Virus record (IMG/VR): IMGVR_UViG_3300018414_000006
Span: 64,001 to 119,460 of that record
DNA length: 55,460 nt
Origin: a virus
Taxonomy: Duplodnaviria; Heunggongvirae; Uroviricota; Caudoviricetes
Reading direction: 5' to 3' (one strand)
Numbering within the stretch: position 1 is the first letter of the stretch; each line of letters begins with the position of its first letter. Shown here in pieces: positions 37,723-46,727 of the stretch. The notes beneath the pieces are model-generated. The model saw only the letters and a list, made by a program, of their open reading frames with translations. It was not told where the DNA came from and searched no databases. The position numbers and the translations under genes are program-made.

Positions 37723-38472
37723 TCACGTTGGTATCTGAGGTATTGGCGGATCGGTATAGTTAGGAGTACCGTTATCATCGTATTCATGTCGATGTTCATT
37801 ATAGATAGTTCTCATATTTCCCATTGTTTGACTATTTCCGGTAGAAGTCTGATCCGTTATGTCACCGGCAGCAGATATAGTAGAATCTGCTTCAAGGGGT
37901 CCATGAAAAGTATGAGTAGAAGCAGTGTAGGTAGCAGTGCCTTCAGCAGTAAAATTGATGTTGGCTGAAGCATTAATTGAAATATTGCCTTTGGCCTGTA
38001 ACGTCAAATCCCCCGAAGGAAAATATTCAACAGAAGAGCCGCTGGAATGTACAAATTTCCAGGTACCTGCATTCATATCTACAATTAAAATTGTTCCTGA
38101 CGGGTCCTGAAATCCCCACACTGTAGGGGACATAAAAACAGGATTGACTGAAGGTTTGGTATGTACATTACTGTACAGTGGACGATGTTCATCTCCATCC
38201 TGCAATTCTACTTTTACGGTAGCACCTATTGGAGGCACTCCATATATTCCGTAAGGTCCTGTTTCTGATTTGCCAAAACCGAAAGGTGACTCTCGATGAG
38301 GTCCAATCCAGGGAACCTCTCCTTCAGTTGAATTATAAAGACCTGGTACATTCGCTTGAATACGTCCTAATCCCTCGGGATCGTTATTTGCTGTTACTGT
38401 TCCAATATAAAATTTGTTGTCATAAGATTCTACATGATTCAAAGAATCATTGACTGTATTGAATCCACCCAT
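37723..38472 (-). CDS. Baseplate central spike (gp5/gpV/VgrG OB-fold plus beta-spike)
   Basis: VTANNDPEGLGRIQANVP, VPPIGATVKVE, terminal HxH (NEHRH). Confidence 0.82.
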   Translation of the reverse strand: MGGFNTVNDSLNHVESYDNKFYIGTVTANNDPEGLGRIQANVPGLYNSTEGEVPWIGPHRESPFGFGKSETGPYGIYGVPPIGATVKVELQDGDEHRPLYSNVHTKPSVNPVFMSPTVWGFQDPSGTILIVDMNAGTWKFVHSSGSSVEYFPSGDLTLQAKGNISINASANINFTAEGTATYTASTHTFHGPLEADSTISAAGDITDQTSTGNSQTMGNMRTIYNEHRHEYDDNGTPNYTDPPIPQIPT

Positions 38473-38475
38473 AAG

Positions 38476-39597
38476 TCAGCCTTGATCATAGTTGAGATTG
38501 GTGCCCTGACGTGTACCAAGAATTTTTTCTACAAAACGTGCGCCCTGAATATATTGTGCTTTAGCTGCAACTATATAATCTCCTGAATAAGCAACATCCT
38601 GCATTTGCTGTGTGGTGTCCACCGAAAATGTAAACTTATCCAATAAGTTAAGTTCACTGGGAATAAAAAGTTCAAATTCCACAGTCATCGAATAAGTATT
38701 AGCAAATCGAATATTCTGATAGATTGCCTGATCATAGTTTTCATGAGTGTTGCCAACATCAATACCGCCAAAAGTTTTGTATCCTGTTACGATATTGTTT
38801 TTTATTGCAGTATTGAATAATGGGCCTTTAACATCTGGTGTGAACGTGACAGACTGAAAACTATCAAAAGTAGTTTCTGACAAAAGACTTTGTGTATACC
38901 GGCTATGTTGATAGCCTGTCATGCGGTTAGACAATCCAGAAGTTGCACGAGGCGCATAATTTATTACAGGATACGTTCCCTGTGTCGCTTGCCCAAAAGT
39001 GAGAGTTTTTTTGCTTGGTGGCAATGTGGTTATATTTTTGTAGTGTAACTTTCCATCCAGCCCTGTTCCTAACACCATGTAGGAACTATCATTCACATAT
39101 CCCCTACTAGCTATTTTGGTAGCAAATTCACCGTAAGTACGATTACGTGGAATCCATAATTGATTGTCATTAGTGACGTCACCGTCATAAGTAAATCCGC
39201 AAGTTGCTGAGATTGAAGAAATTATATCAGCAGAGGTGCCCCTCATAGAACTGGTCAGTGTTCCAGCCCAATATTTGGGCACTGCCAGATAGCCATCCAC
39301 TTCATAGGAAAATTCTGTTCCATTAAAAGTCTTTTTGTGATGGAATTTCCGAAAGTCATAAGTTTGCGTAGTAGCTTGCCATGGTTTAAGAGAAATTCTT
39401 ATAGGAATACCATCTTGAAGACTCAAAGAATCAAAAACATGCATCACATCAACAATACGAAAATGGCAGGTGGGTAATAGCTGACGTGTAGACATTCCCA
39501 GATGCAGAAAATCCAATACATTCATGGTATCAAGAGGATACTCTACATCATTAATGAATATCGAGACTTCGAGTCGATCTGATAGTACGTAGCCCAT
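38476..39597 (-). CDS. Baseplate hub protein (gp27/gpD-like)
   Basis: Size and synteny upstream of the spike gene; beta-rich. Confidence 0.55.
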   Translation of the reverse strand: MGYVLSDRLEVSIFINDVEYPLDTMNVLDFLHLGMSTRQLLPTCHFRIVDVMHVFDSLSLQDGIPIRISLKPWQATTQTYDFRKFHHKKTFNGTEFSYEVDGYLAVPKYWAGTLTSSMRGTSADIISSISATCGFTYDGDVTNDNQLWIPRNRTYGEFATKIASRGYVNDSSYMVLGTGLDGKLHYKNITTLPPSKKTLTFGQATQGTYPVINYAPRATSGLSNRMTGYQHSRYTQSLLSETTFDSFQSVTFTPDVKGPLFNTAIKNNIVTGYKTFGGIDVGNTHENYDQAIYQNIRFANTYSMTVEFELFIPSELNLLDKFTFSVDTTQQMQDVAYSGDYIVAAKAQYIQGARFVEKILGTRQGTNLNYDQG

Positions 39598-39607
39598 TTT
39601 TTCCTCA

Positions 39608-39955
39608 TTATATGGTCAATGATGTGTACGTATTCACCTGTCTTCCAAGATACGCAATAACCTGTGCTTTAGTAGGAATCAATAAAATCATACCAGTAGC
39701 AATATCAGAAATCGGATCTGTGAGTCCGTTGAATGCTAATAATACTCTCCACAAGGAAGTATCCCCAAGCAGACGATACGCCAGTCCAGGAAGATTAGCA
39801 GCATCAACCGCTGTTAACTGAATCTGCTGTGAGGATTGAATATTAAATCTTATGTTTTTGTATCCACTACTAAACACATTCCAATAACCTGTATTATCTA
39901 ATGTTGTATAGCGTGAAAAATTATAGTCTCCAGTGTATCCTGTTACAGACGACAT
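39608..39955 (-). CDS. Baseplate gp53 / tail X LysM-like protein
   Basis: LPGLAYRLLGDTSLWRVLLAFNGLTDP...GMILLIP. Confidence 0.75.
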   Translation of the reverse strand: MSSVTGYTGDYNFSRYTTLDNTGYWNVFSSGYKNIRFNIQSSQQIQLTAVDAANLPGLAYRLLGDTSLWRVLLAFNGLTDPISDIATGMILLIPTKAQVIAYLGRQVNTYTSLTI

Positions 39956-39965
39956 TTTAATTTCC

Positions 39966-40829
39966 TTAAATGTTCAGTAAAGTTTCATTTGGGCCTAGTG
40001 AGGCTCCTGTATTGGAATTAGGACTTGTAGCATTTGAGCCAGCAGGCCCCAGAAAAATGCTATCAATATCACTTTGAACAAGCATGAATAAGGGTTTAAA
40101 CGCCACTTGTACCGTAGCATGATGTGGAAGATTTGTAGTAGCATCAAAGTTTGAGCTTTCTGTTATCTGTACACTGGTAATAACTACTGAATCAAAATAC
40201 AGATAATTTCCAAACTGAATAACTATGGGATTTGTTACCTGTGACTTCCAATAAGCAGAAGTTCCCAGATTTGGGTTTTGCTGGTTGGGTGCCGGAACAT
40301 TAACATTAGTACCATCATTAGTAGAGGTATTGGTATTGTTCATGGTTGCGGCAGTAGATGAGGTATTTCCAGATAAAGCATTGGAAATAGAAGTTCCTAT
40401 AGAACTAAAAGTATTTGATAGTTGCGTGCCGGCTGAAGATGCTATTTGCCCCAATCCTGATAAATTCAAAGAAGGCCCTGGTGATTGAAGCATTCCCTGC
40501 GCACTTACAGACGGAGTAGCCATTTTCATCAGATTAACTATAGGCACACGAACATCGGATACGGGATCCGTTTCAGTGTGAAACTCAAGATCTATCATTA
40601 TGTCATGACTTGAACTGCCTTGCCACAGTTGCGCAGTCAGTGCAGGAGAAGTGAATTTTGTACCGAACAGACTGGAAAATTTATCAATAAAACCTTTATC
40701 CTTTACAAGACCCTGTGGCAATGTAGTGGAATAGTCTGCACTGCCAGATAAAGATATTTTTTCAGGCATGGGTGCATTAACAACAGTTGTTCCCTGTTGT
40801 ATCAGAATCATGTAACTGGTATTTTGCAT
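39966..40829 (-). CDS. Tail-tube initiator/baseplate protein (gp48-like)
   Basis: Synteny; IVIQFGNYLYFDSVVITSV motif. Confidence 0.5.
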   Translation of the reverse strand: MQNTSYMILIQQGTTVVNAPMPEKISLSGSADYSTTLPQGLVKDKGFIDKFSSLFGTKFTSPALTAQLWQGSSSHDIMIDLEFHTETDPVSDVRVPIVNLMKMATPSVSAQGMLQSPGPSLNLSGLGQIASSAGTQLSNTFSSIGTSISNALSGNTSSTAATMNNTNTSTNDGTNVNVPAPNQQNPNLGTSAYWKSQVTNPIVIQFGNYLYFDSVVITSVQITESSNFDATTNLPHHATVQVAFKPLFMLVQSDIDSIFLGPAGSNATSPNSNTGASLGPNETLLNI

Positions 40830-40847
40830 GTTAATTCTTTTAGTCAG

Positions 40848-42257
40848 TTAATCAATTGCCAATGCTATATATGTATTGGAAGGCCCTTTGATTATGGTTT
40901 TTTGAGATGAATTTTGTACAGCATTTATAGAAGTTGAATTATTCGATACAGTATTGCTTGAACCTGCTACGTGTTGTGTTGTCTTTACTGGAACAGTTAT
41001 AGCAGGAGTTTGCGCAAGTTTTGTTTCAACCGGTACTGTTTTTCCAGTATACCGATCTCGTTCCAGTTTAAGCATAGAAGCTACTTCATTAGCAGATATG
41101 GTCGCATGGTTTGTAGAACTTTCATAATAACCTTTTGTACCATCTGTTACATAGTCAATTACCTGTTCTCCATTTTTCTGTTTTATTTTTCGATGAATGT
41201 GTATTCCAGGTGGTGCAGCCAATGATGCCCATTCCATAGATGCTGCCAAAACAGCTCCAGACAGATCATCTGTTTTACCCGTTATGTATGCCCAGATTTT
41301 AGGACGTTTGCTACTAACAAGATACTGAAACATGTTATCCTGCATCTGCTTGTCAAACATTTCTTTACCACTAAGTCCCATTCCTTTGACTACATCCTTC
41401 ATGGTTTGTCGAATAATCTGATATCGACCGGCAGCATCAAAATCTTCATTGGCCTGATGTGACATAATTTCACTAACAGTCATATGCTGAAGATCAAGAA
41501 CTGCCGAACTGCCTCTGCCGGGGCCATCTATGTGAACAGAGTTATAACCACCCTCACCTTTAGAAACAAGATCGGCAAATCGGGTAACACTAAGTTTTTC
41601 TTGTGTAAAAATTTTTCCCACTTTCTCAGGAAAGGTTTCTGCGTGCGCAGTGACTTCATGGGGGAGTGTACCCTTGGTTTTTGAAAGTTGTGCGGAAGAC
41701 CCTGTAAATTTTTCATACAGAAATACACCTAATGCTACAAGTCCACCTGCAACAGCAACAAATGGCCACAATTCAGGATTAATACCTATAAATCCCAAGA
41801 TAACTTCCAGTACGGGTTCTACAACCCATTCAATCATGATTTGAATGGACTTCTTGATAATTTTTTCTGTTATCCATCTAACCGATTTGAAAAGATACTC
41901 TCGCACCTTTTTATAGATGAATTTTTTAATATGCTTTTCTATCCAATGTTCTACTTTATCTTCTGCCCAGTGTACAAATCTATCAAATAGAGAAGGTTCA
42001 TTTTTTCCAAGTTCGCCTTCAATGTTCATAAACTCAAGTGCGCCCTTTGTTGCAAAGATGCGTTCATCCTCTTCACGTTGGCGTACTTCATGAAGCATCC
42101 ACGGAACTACAGAAGAAAATTTTGAAGTAACGCCCGTACTTTGTTCATTGGGTGGAAATACTATTCTTTCCATCACTTCATCGAGATTTTTGTATTCCTG
42201 AAAATCCTGTTCCTTTTTTAGTGGCACAAGTCTAGCAGCATCCATAAGGCTTGCCAT
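40848..42257 (-). CDS. Virion-associated muralytic protein with TM segment (tape-measure associated)
   Basis: SKGEGGYNS, AAGRYQII..T, F....QD and EWASL lysozyme-like motifs; hydrophobic segment LWPFVAVAGGLVALGVFL. Confidence 0.7.
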   Translation of the reverse strand: MASLMDAARLVPLKKEQDFQEYKNLDEVMERIVFPPNEQSTGVTSKFSSVVPWMLHEVRQREEDERIFATKGALEFMNIEGELGKNEPSLFDRFVHWAEDKVEHWIEKHIKKFIYKKVREYLFKSVRWITEKIIKKSIQIMIEWVVEPVLEVILGFIGINPELWPFVAVAGGLVALGVFLYEKFTGSSAQLSKTKGTLPHEVTAHAETFPEKVGKIFTQEKLSVTRFADLVSKGEGGYNSVHIDGPGRGSSAVLDLQHMTVSEIMSHQANEDFDAAGRYQIIRQTMKDVVKGMGLSGKEMFDKQMQDNMFQYLVSSKRPKIWAYITGKTDDLSGAVLAASMEWASLAAPPGIHIHRKIKQKNGEQVIDYVTDGTKGYYESSTNHATISANEVASMLKLERDRYTGKTVPVETKLAQTPAITVPVKTTQHVAGSSNTVSNNSTSINAVQNSSQKTIIKGPSNTYIALAID

Positions 42258-42269
42258 TAGCGCACTCCA

Positions 42270-44009
42270 TTAAACTGATAAAAAAGAGGAGTTCATCAAT
42301 GTTAACTGATCATCCACAGAGGATTGAAATCCAGGAGGACTGAAATTAAAAGATCCCGAAGATCCTTTGGGCGAGTAAGTTTCACCGCCTACTGAATAAC
42401 TAGGTGCAATATTTGGTACAGAAAATCCGGGAGCATAACTAACAGGATTTGCAGAAGTAGAATATGTTCTTCCCGAAACAGTGAAAGTTCTGTTGGTCAG
42501 TCCCCTGCTTAAATAAACATTGTTTTGAAAATTACTGTTGCCTTGAATTGTATTGCTGTCTATAGATGAAATCTGTGGAGAAGATGCCATCTCAGAAAGT
42601 TCAGAAATACTTTTGGATGGTTTGTTAAATGAAGGTTCATAAGATTTTGTGGTACCTTTAGCAGGTGACACAAAGGACTCACCTGCATCCAGAGTGTCTG
42701 GTGTATTAAGAGGCAATGAAGTTGGTGCAGGAGGCATTCTTTTTTCATGATGAATGCCTAGAAAATCTGCAATTTTATCTGCCAGATAATCACCAACACC
42801 CGCTATCCACGTTTCCATTTGTGGAAGATTGAAATTTGCTATTTTGTTGGCAATCCAGTTACCTACATCTTTCGCATCTTTTACAACTTCAGTTACTGCT
42901 TCGCTGGTCCATTTTTTTATATTATCCCAGGTAAACAATTCTTCAATGTTTTGTGCAACGGAAGTCCATAGAGTGGGTGTTAGCAACAGAGACATCAATC
43001 CAAGTTTTAGTGCTTCTAACCAGTTATTGCCCTTTACTTTTTTTGCTTTAGATTTGGTTGTGTCATGTTCACTTCCTATCCATCTAGAAAAAGACTTCCA
43101 CCAGTTATCTGCTTTTCTGGTTTCTTTTTTATCCACATCTTCCAGACTCGGAGTGTTTGTAGTAGAAGACATTGCACCCCTAGGGGATACCATATCTTTC
43201 AGGACATTCAATTTCTCCGGCAGTGTGACGCCTATAAATTCCTGCATCATGCGCAGTAATCTTTGTGGAAGATCTTCGTGAGTTACAGTTGATGTGGTTT
43301 CACCAGCGGTAAGTAACGGAGCGGCAATTGCCGCTGGTAGAAAGTGTGATTCTACATCTATAACATTAGTTTCTTTTTCCGGACCTGTAAGTAGCGACAT
43401 TCCACGATCTGCGATCGTTGGATACTTTTCTGAGTATGCACCTGACTGATTTTCACTACGATTTTTTACTACAAAATTTTGTAAGCCCTCGATTATTCTA
43501 TTGGCTATTGAAGTTTCGCGCGCTTCCCAAAAACGTGCATCTTCAAGACGTTCTACCAAAAGATCATTAGCTGCTAATAAATCATCGGTAGTAGGTAAGT
43601 CTTTTGGAGGAAGAAAGCTTTTGAGATCAGTGAACTTTATTCCAATACTACGATCCAGTTCATCAGTGTGTTCATAAATCTCAAGCGATAGAATTTCTTT
43701 AATGTCTTGAATCAGTTTTGGAAATTGAATACTAAGTGCAGTATTCAATTCTTTTTCAAATGCGCTAATTCCATCTTCAATTTTTATGTTGCCAGCTTTT
43801 ACAACAGACTTTGCCTGTTCTTCAGCAGATTTCACAGCGGCATCAAAAACTTCTTGCGCCAGTTTCGATAGAGAGCCTAACACAGAAGACAATTTAGCAA
43901 TATCACTTGCATTTACATTTCCTTGTATAAGTTTATTTAAAGGAATGTCTGCCCTATTTTGCAAAGCACGCCATTTGTTTTTTTCTTTATCTGATCGAAA
44001 CTGGAGCAT
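42270..44009 (-). CDS. Tape-measure-like protein
   Basis: Helical, with a hydrophobic segment and spaced Trp repeats, directly downstream of the chaperone genes. ATG 44009 follows SD AGGTG. Confidence 0.5.
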   Translation of the reverse strand: MLQFRSDKEKNKWRALQNRADIPLNKLIQGNVNASDIAKLSSVLGSLSKLAQEVFDAAVKSAEEQAKSVVKAGNIKIEDGISAFEKELNTALSIQFPKLIQDIKEILSLEIYEHTDELDRSIGIKFTDLKSFLPPKDLPTTDDLLAANDLLVERLEDARFWEARETSIANRIIEGLQNFVVKNRSENQSGAYSEKYPTIADRGMSLLTGPEKETNVIDVESHFLPAAIAAPLLTAGETTSTVTHEDLPQRLLRMMQEFIGVTLPEKLNVLKDMVSPRGAMSSTTNTPSLEDVDKKETRKADNWWKSFSRWIGSEHDTTKSKAKKVKGNNWLEALKLGLMSLLLTPTLWTSVAQNIEELFTWDNIKKWTSEAVTEVVKDAKDVGNWIANKIANFNLPQMETWIAGVGDYLADKIADFLGIHHEKRMPPAPTSLPLNTPDTLDAGESFVSPAKGTTKSYEPSFNKPSKSISELSEMASSPQISSIDSNTIQGNSNFQNNVYLSRGLTNRTFTVSGRTYSTSANPVSYAPGFSVPNIAPSYSVGGETYSPKGSSGSFNFSPPGFQSSVDDQLTLMNSSFLSV

Positions 44010-44027
44010 ATAGTCACCTGTCAAACG

Positions 44028-44222
44028 TTATCCAATGTAATTCTTGCCATCTCTAGCAGCTTCAATTCGTTTTTCTCTACGCAAGTATGCTTCTTCAGAA
44101 AGTTGCTGAAATCGATAGAGTGGCATATCTTCCGGAGGGTAAAATCCAAACTCAGAAGCTATCAATAGATAACGGTCCATCGTTTCTTTAGAAGTTCCCG
44201 TGCTGAAGAAACGACCAGGCAT
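44028..44222 (-). CDS. Small tail-assembly ORF overlapping the chaperone end (alternative ATG 44180)
   Basis: +1 frame relative to 44188-45291; position typical of the second tail-chaperone ORF. Confidence 0.5.
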   Translation of the reverse strand: MPGRFFSTGTSKETMDRYLLIASEFGFYPPEDMPLYRFQQLSEEAYLRREKRIEAARDGKNYIG

Positions 44223-45291
44223 CGAGGGTAAGCTTAGTTACCCTTTGATGCCCACACTCCTTGCACGTTACTTGAATAGTTTCCTGAACACCATAATTTT
44301 CAATCAGGGACTCGTACTCTTGAACCTGTTGCACAACATCACCAGAAGCTTCTTCAAAAAAAGAAATACGTTCTTCAAGATTGAGATATTTATGTTTTCC
44401 CTGAATGTGTGTAGCGAGCTGCGCCATGAAAGCAAATTCATCTCGCAATGCTGCATTTTTCATTTTTGGATTTTCTACAAACTCCATAACGTCACTCATT
44501 CGTGGGGGATTGAACATGAATGGTGATGTTTCACTAAATTTGAATATCTCTGGATCAGGTATATGTTCGAGTTCTACTGTTTTGAGTTCTGTGTTGCGTA
44601 TGATCTGACGTATTTCTAAGGATTCTTTAGGCAAAAGCCCCTGTTCTACTTTTGCATGATGCTCAGGATTATTACATTTTGTCTCATGCGTGAAGTTTGA
44701 CTTAGTAAAAGAATTCAATCTAAGCCAATACAGTACAAAGTAAAAATCCGGTAGTGTAAGCTCAAACGCGAGGCCAGGTTTATTGTATTCCGTTGAATAA
44801 ATAACAGAAGACACTGCTTCTATAACCGGCAGCATGGATCGTTGAGAATGTGCAGCCTGTAATTTTGCTAAATGTTTGGCTTTGAAAGGGACAATGTAAA
44901 GATCTTTAAATGAATAAAAAGCAAATCTTGAAGGAAGTGCCAGACTCAAACCTTCCGCGTCAGAAGTGGCTCGATTGAATCCATGAATAGGTGGATTTAA
45001 AACAGAGTTTGTTGGAAGTTCTGAAGATTCGCCATTTCTAAGTCTGTTAAGTGATTCCTGATAAACACGATCAAATTCAGTTTGGCGAGAATCTTGAACA
45101 GGTTGCGCAGTTTCGGTATTAGGAGAGGTATATGAAACATAAGGTTTTGTTGGTGCTGTCGCCATTGCCACAGACTCGACTGGCTGCGCAGCAATTTTTG
45201 AGGATTTTAACGCACGTGCTTTATTTGAAGATTGTTTTTTATTTAATGTTTCTTGTGGGAACGGTATGTATGTTTTAGTATTCATTGTCAC
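44188..45291 (-). CDS. Baseplate hub / tail assembly chaperone (T4 gp26/gp51-like)
   Basis: DFYFVLYWLRLNSF, C...C and CKEC zinc ligands; located upstream of the tape measure. Confidence 0.6.
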   Translation of the reverse strand: MTMNTKTYIPFPQETLNKKQSSNKARALKSSKIAAQPVESVAMATAPTKPYVSYTSPNTETAQPVQDSRQTEFDRVYQESLNRLRNGESSELPTNSVLNPPIHGFNRATSDAEGLSLALPSRFAFYSFKDLYIVPFKAKHLAKLQAAHSQRSMLPVIEAVSSVIYSTEYNKPGLAFELTLPDFYFVLYWLRLNSFTKSNFTHETKCNNPEHHAKVEQGLLPKESLEIRQIIRNTELKTVELEHIPDPEIFKFSETSPFMFNPPRMSDVMEFVENPKMKNAALRDEFAFMAQLATHIQGKHKYLNLEERISFFEEASGDVVQQVQEYESLIENYGVQETIQVTCKECGHQRVTKLTLDAWSFLQHGNF

Positions 45292-45303
45292 ACTCAGGAA
45301 GGG

Positions 45304-46482
45304 TTAAAACAAACTGGACAGTGCATTTCCAATACTGTTAGATATGCTTGAAAATCCAGTAGAGGCCAGATTTTTTACTGCTTGAACTCCAGAGTTAATA
45401 GCTCCAGTGAGTACATTGGAAACTGGATTATTAACAATTGCTTGTGTAAGATCTTCAGGAACACTGAGAATATTTATGAAAACATCACCAACACTAAACG
45501 TTACATGATGGCTCAGTGCATTTGATGTATTACTATCTAACTGAAAAGAATCAACAGTTTCGGGCCAACATTCAATGTATTCCAAAATACACAGTGCATT
45601 TTTTGAAGGATCAAGTAAGTATACATAAATTGGAAGTTTATAATCCGAAGGTTTGCCCCAACTACCACCTAACTGTGCCTGATTATTAGCACTAAATGGG
45701 GCCAACACTGCATTATTCCATGCTTGCAAATATGTTATAGAAATATTTGATACATCTGCATATAATCGCAATGTTAAAGAATCAATTTCGTAATTAGATG
45801 GATAATGCCTACTTCGCCCTTCTCTGAATATTGACATTTTGGAATATCTTCGAAAAGGACAAATAGCTTCTTCTACATAGTACCAGGGCAGTTGCGCTAC
45901 AGACGGGTTTGCTACAGCACCTCCCATAACCGAAGAAAGTGCATTGCCAATGACGTTACTGCTAGCCGATGCTATAGAAGATAGTATTCCATTACCTATG
46001 TTAGCAATTGTAGAAACTCCAGAAGAAGGGGTACTCAGATTACTGATGGGCGTAATAACTGGTAGCTGTGCATACCATAAAAAAGACAGCAAAGGATCAG
46101 CTCTTGCTTGAGCACCAGCAAGCGCATCACCTGGATTAACACCACCTGAACTACTGAAACTTGCAAAGTATCCTGGAGAAGCTAATGAAAGTCCGGAAGT
46201 TGCACCTACGCCCCCTAAAGCATTTCCCAGAATGTTAGCAGGATTCAACGCACTTAAAGCACCACTGACATTACCAGATACAACATCCTTGACGGCTGTT
46301 ATAGCAGCGCCAGCAGTACTTTTTACAGTATTAGAAACTACATTAGCCGCAGTGTTGGCAATAGTATTTTTGGCATTGGCTACTACTGTTTGAACACCTG
46401 TATTAATCGCAGATTTATCTCCACTTATATTATTTGTGACCTGACTGGTAGCTTGACTTACGATATCCTGTAAAAAACTCAT
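45304..46482 (-). CDS. Tail tube-like / gp54-like protein with low-complexity N-terminus
   Basis: YVEEAICPF, LTLRLYAD, LEYIECWPETV tube-fold motifs. ATG 46482 follows SD AAGGA. Confidence 0.6.
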   Translation of the reverse strand: MSFLQDIVSQATSQVTNNISGDKSAINTGVQTVVANAKNTIANTAANVVSNTVKSTAGAAITAVKDVVSGNVSGALSALNPANILGNALGGVGATSGLSLASPGYFASFSSSGGVNPGDALAGAQARADPLLSFLWYAQLPVITPISNLSTPSSGVSTIANIGNGILSSIASASSNVIGNALSSVMGGAVANPSVAQLPWYYVEEAICPFRRYSKMSIFREGRSRHYPSNYEIDSLTLRLYADVSNISITYLQAWNNAVLAPFSANNQAQLGGSWGKPSDYKLPIYVYLLDPSKNALCILEYIECWPETVDSFQLDSNTSNALSHHVTFSVGDVFINILSVPEDLTQAIVNNPVSNVLTGAINSGVQAVKNLASTGFSSISNSIGNALSSLF

Positions 46483-46505
46483 GAGGTGTCCTTTTAATGA
46501 CACTG

Positions 46506-46627
46506 AAAAAGAAACGACATGCGGAATACCCCGATTCCTTGATCTGACAGATCAGTCGTTTCAAAACAGACAGTTCAGACCACCCTTCCCATGGAAACAT
46601 CAATCTGAATAATGCCGGCTCGGGGTA
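46506..46627 (-). ncRNA. Candidate cis-regulatory RNA (attenuator/riboswitch-like leader) or small RNA
   Basis: 8-bp closing helix 46527-46534/46620-46627 enclosing three hairpins; alternative 8-bp helix 46511-46518/46555-46562 followed by U5. G-U pairs favour the minus strand. Confidence 0.55.
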
Positions 46628-46635
46628 AATTAATC

Positions 46636-46647
46636 TTAAAAATTGCA
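46636..46647 (-). promoter_or_regulatory. Late-promoter motif variant TGCAATTTTTAA
   Basis: Ends 8 nt before the first helix of the structured leader. Confidence 0.45.
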
Positions 46648-46727
46648 ATGAATGTTAATTTAACATAAAGTAATAACGTTTGAAATTTATTCAAAAACAA
46701 TTGACACTCACAATGCAATCTTGCATT

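Noticed and set aside
42768-42779. TGCAATTTTATC near-match to the late motif
   Set aside because: Antisense inside the tape-measure-like CDS and explained by codons for DKIAD. Recorded as a counter-example; near-matches around 18150, 25031, 26931 and 38406 were likewise dismissed.
46580-46627. Plus-strand resemblance to a TPP riboswitch 3' half (ATCTGAATAATGCCGGC vs AUCUGGAUAAUGCCAGC)
   Set aside because: P5 pairing is broken, the UGAGA motif and 5' GGG strand of P2 are absent, and no plus-strand gene lies downstream.
46506-46627. tRNA or hammerhead ribozyme interpretation of the cloverleaf-like element
   Set aside because: No D-loop GG, T-loop TTCRA, 7-nt anticodon loop or CCA. CUGAAC/GAAAC does not complete the hammerhead core (CUGANGA, stems I and II missing).
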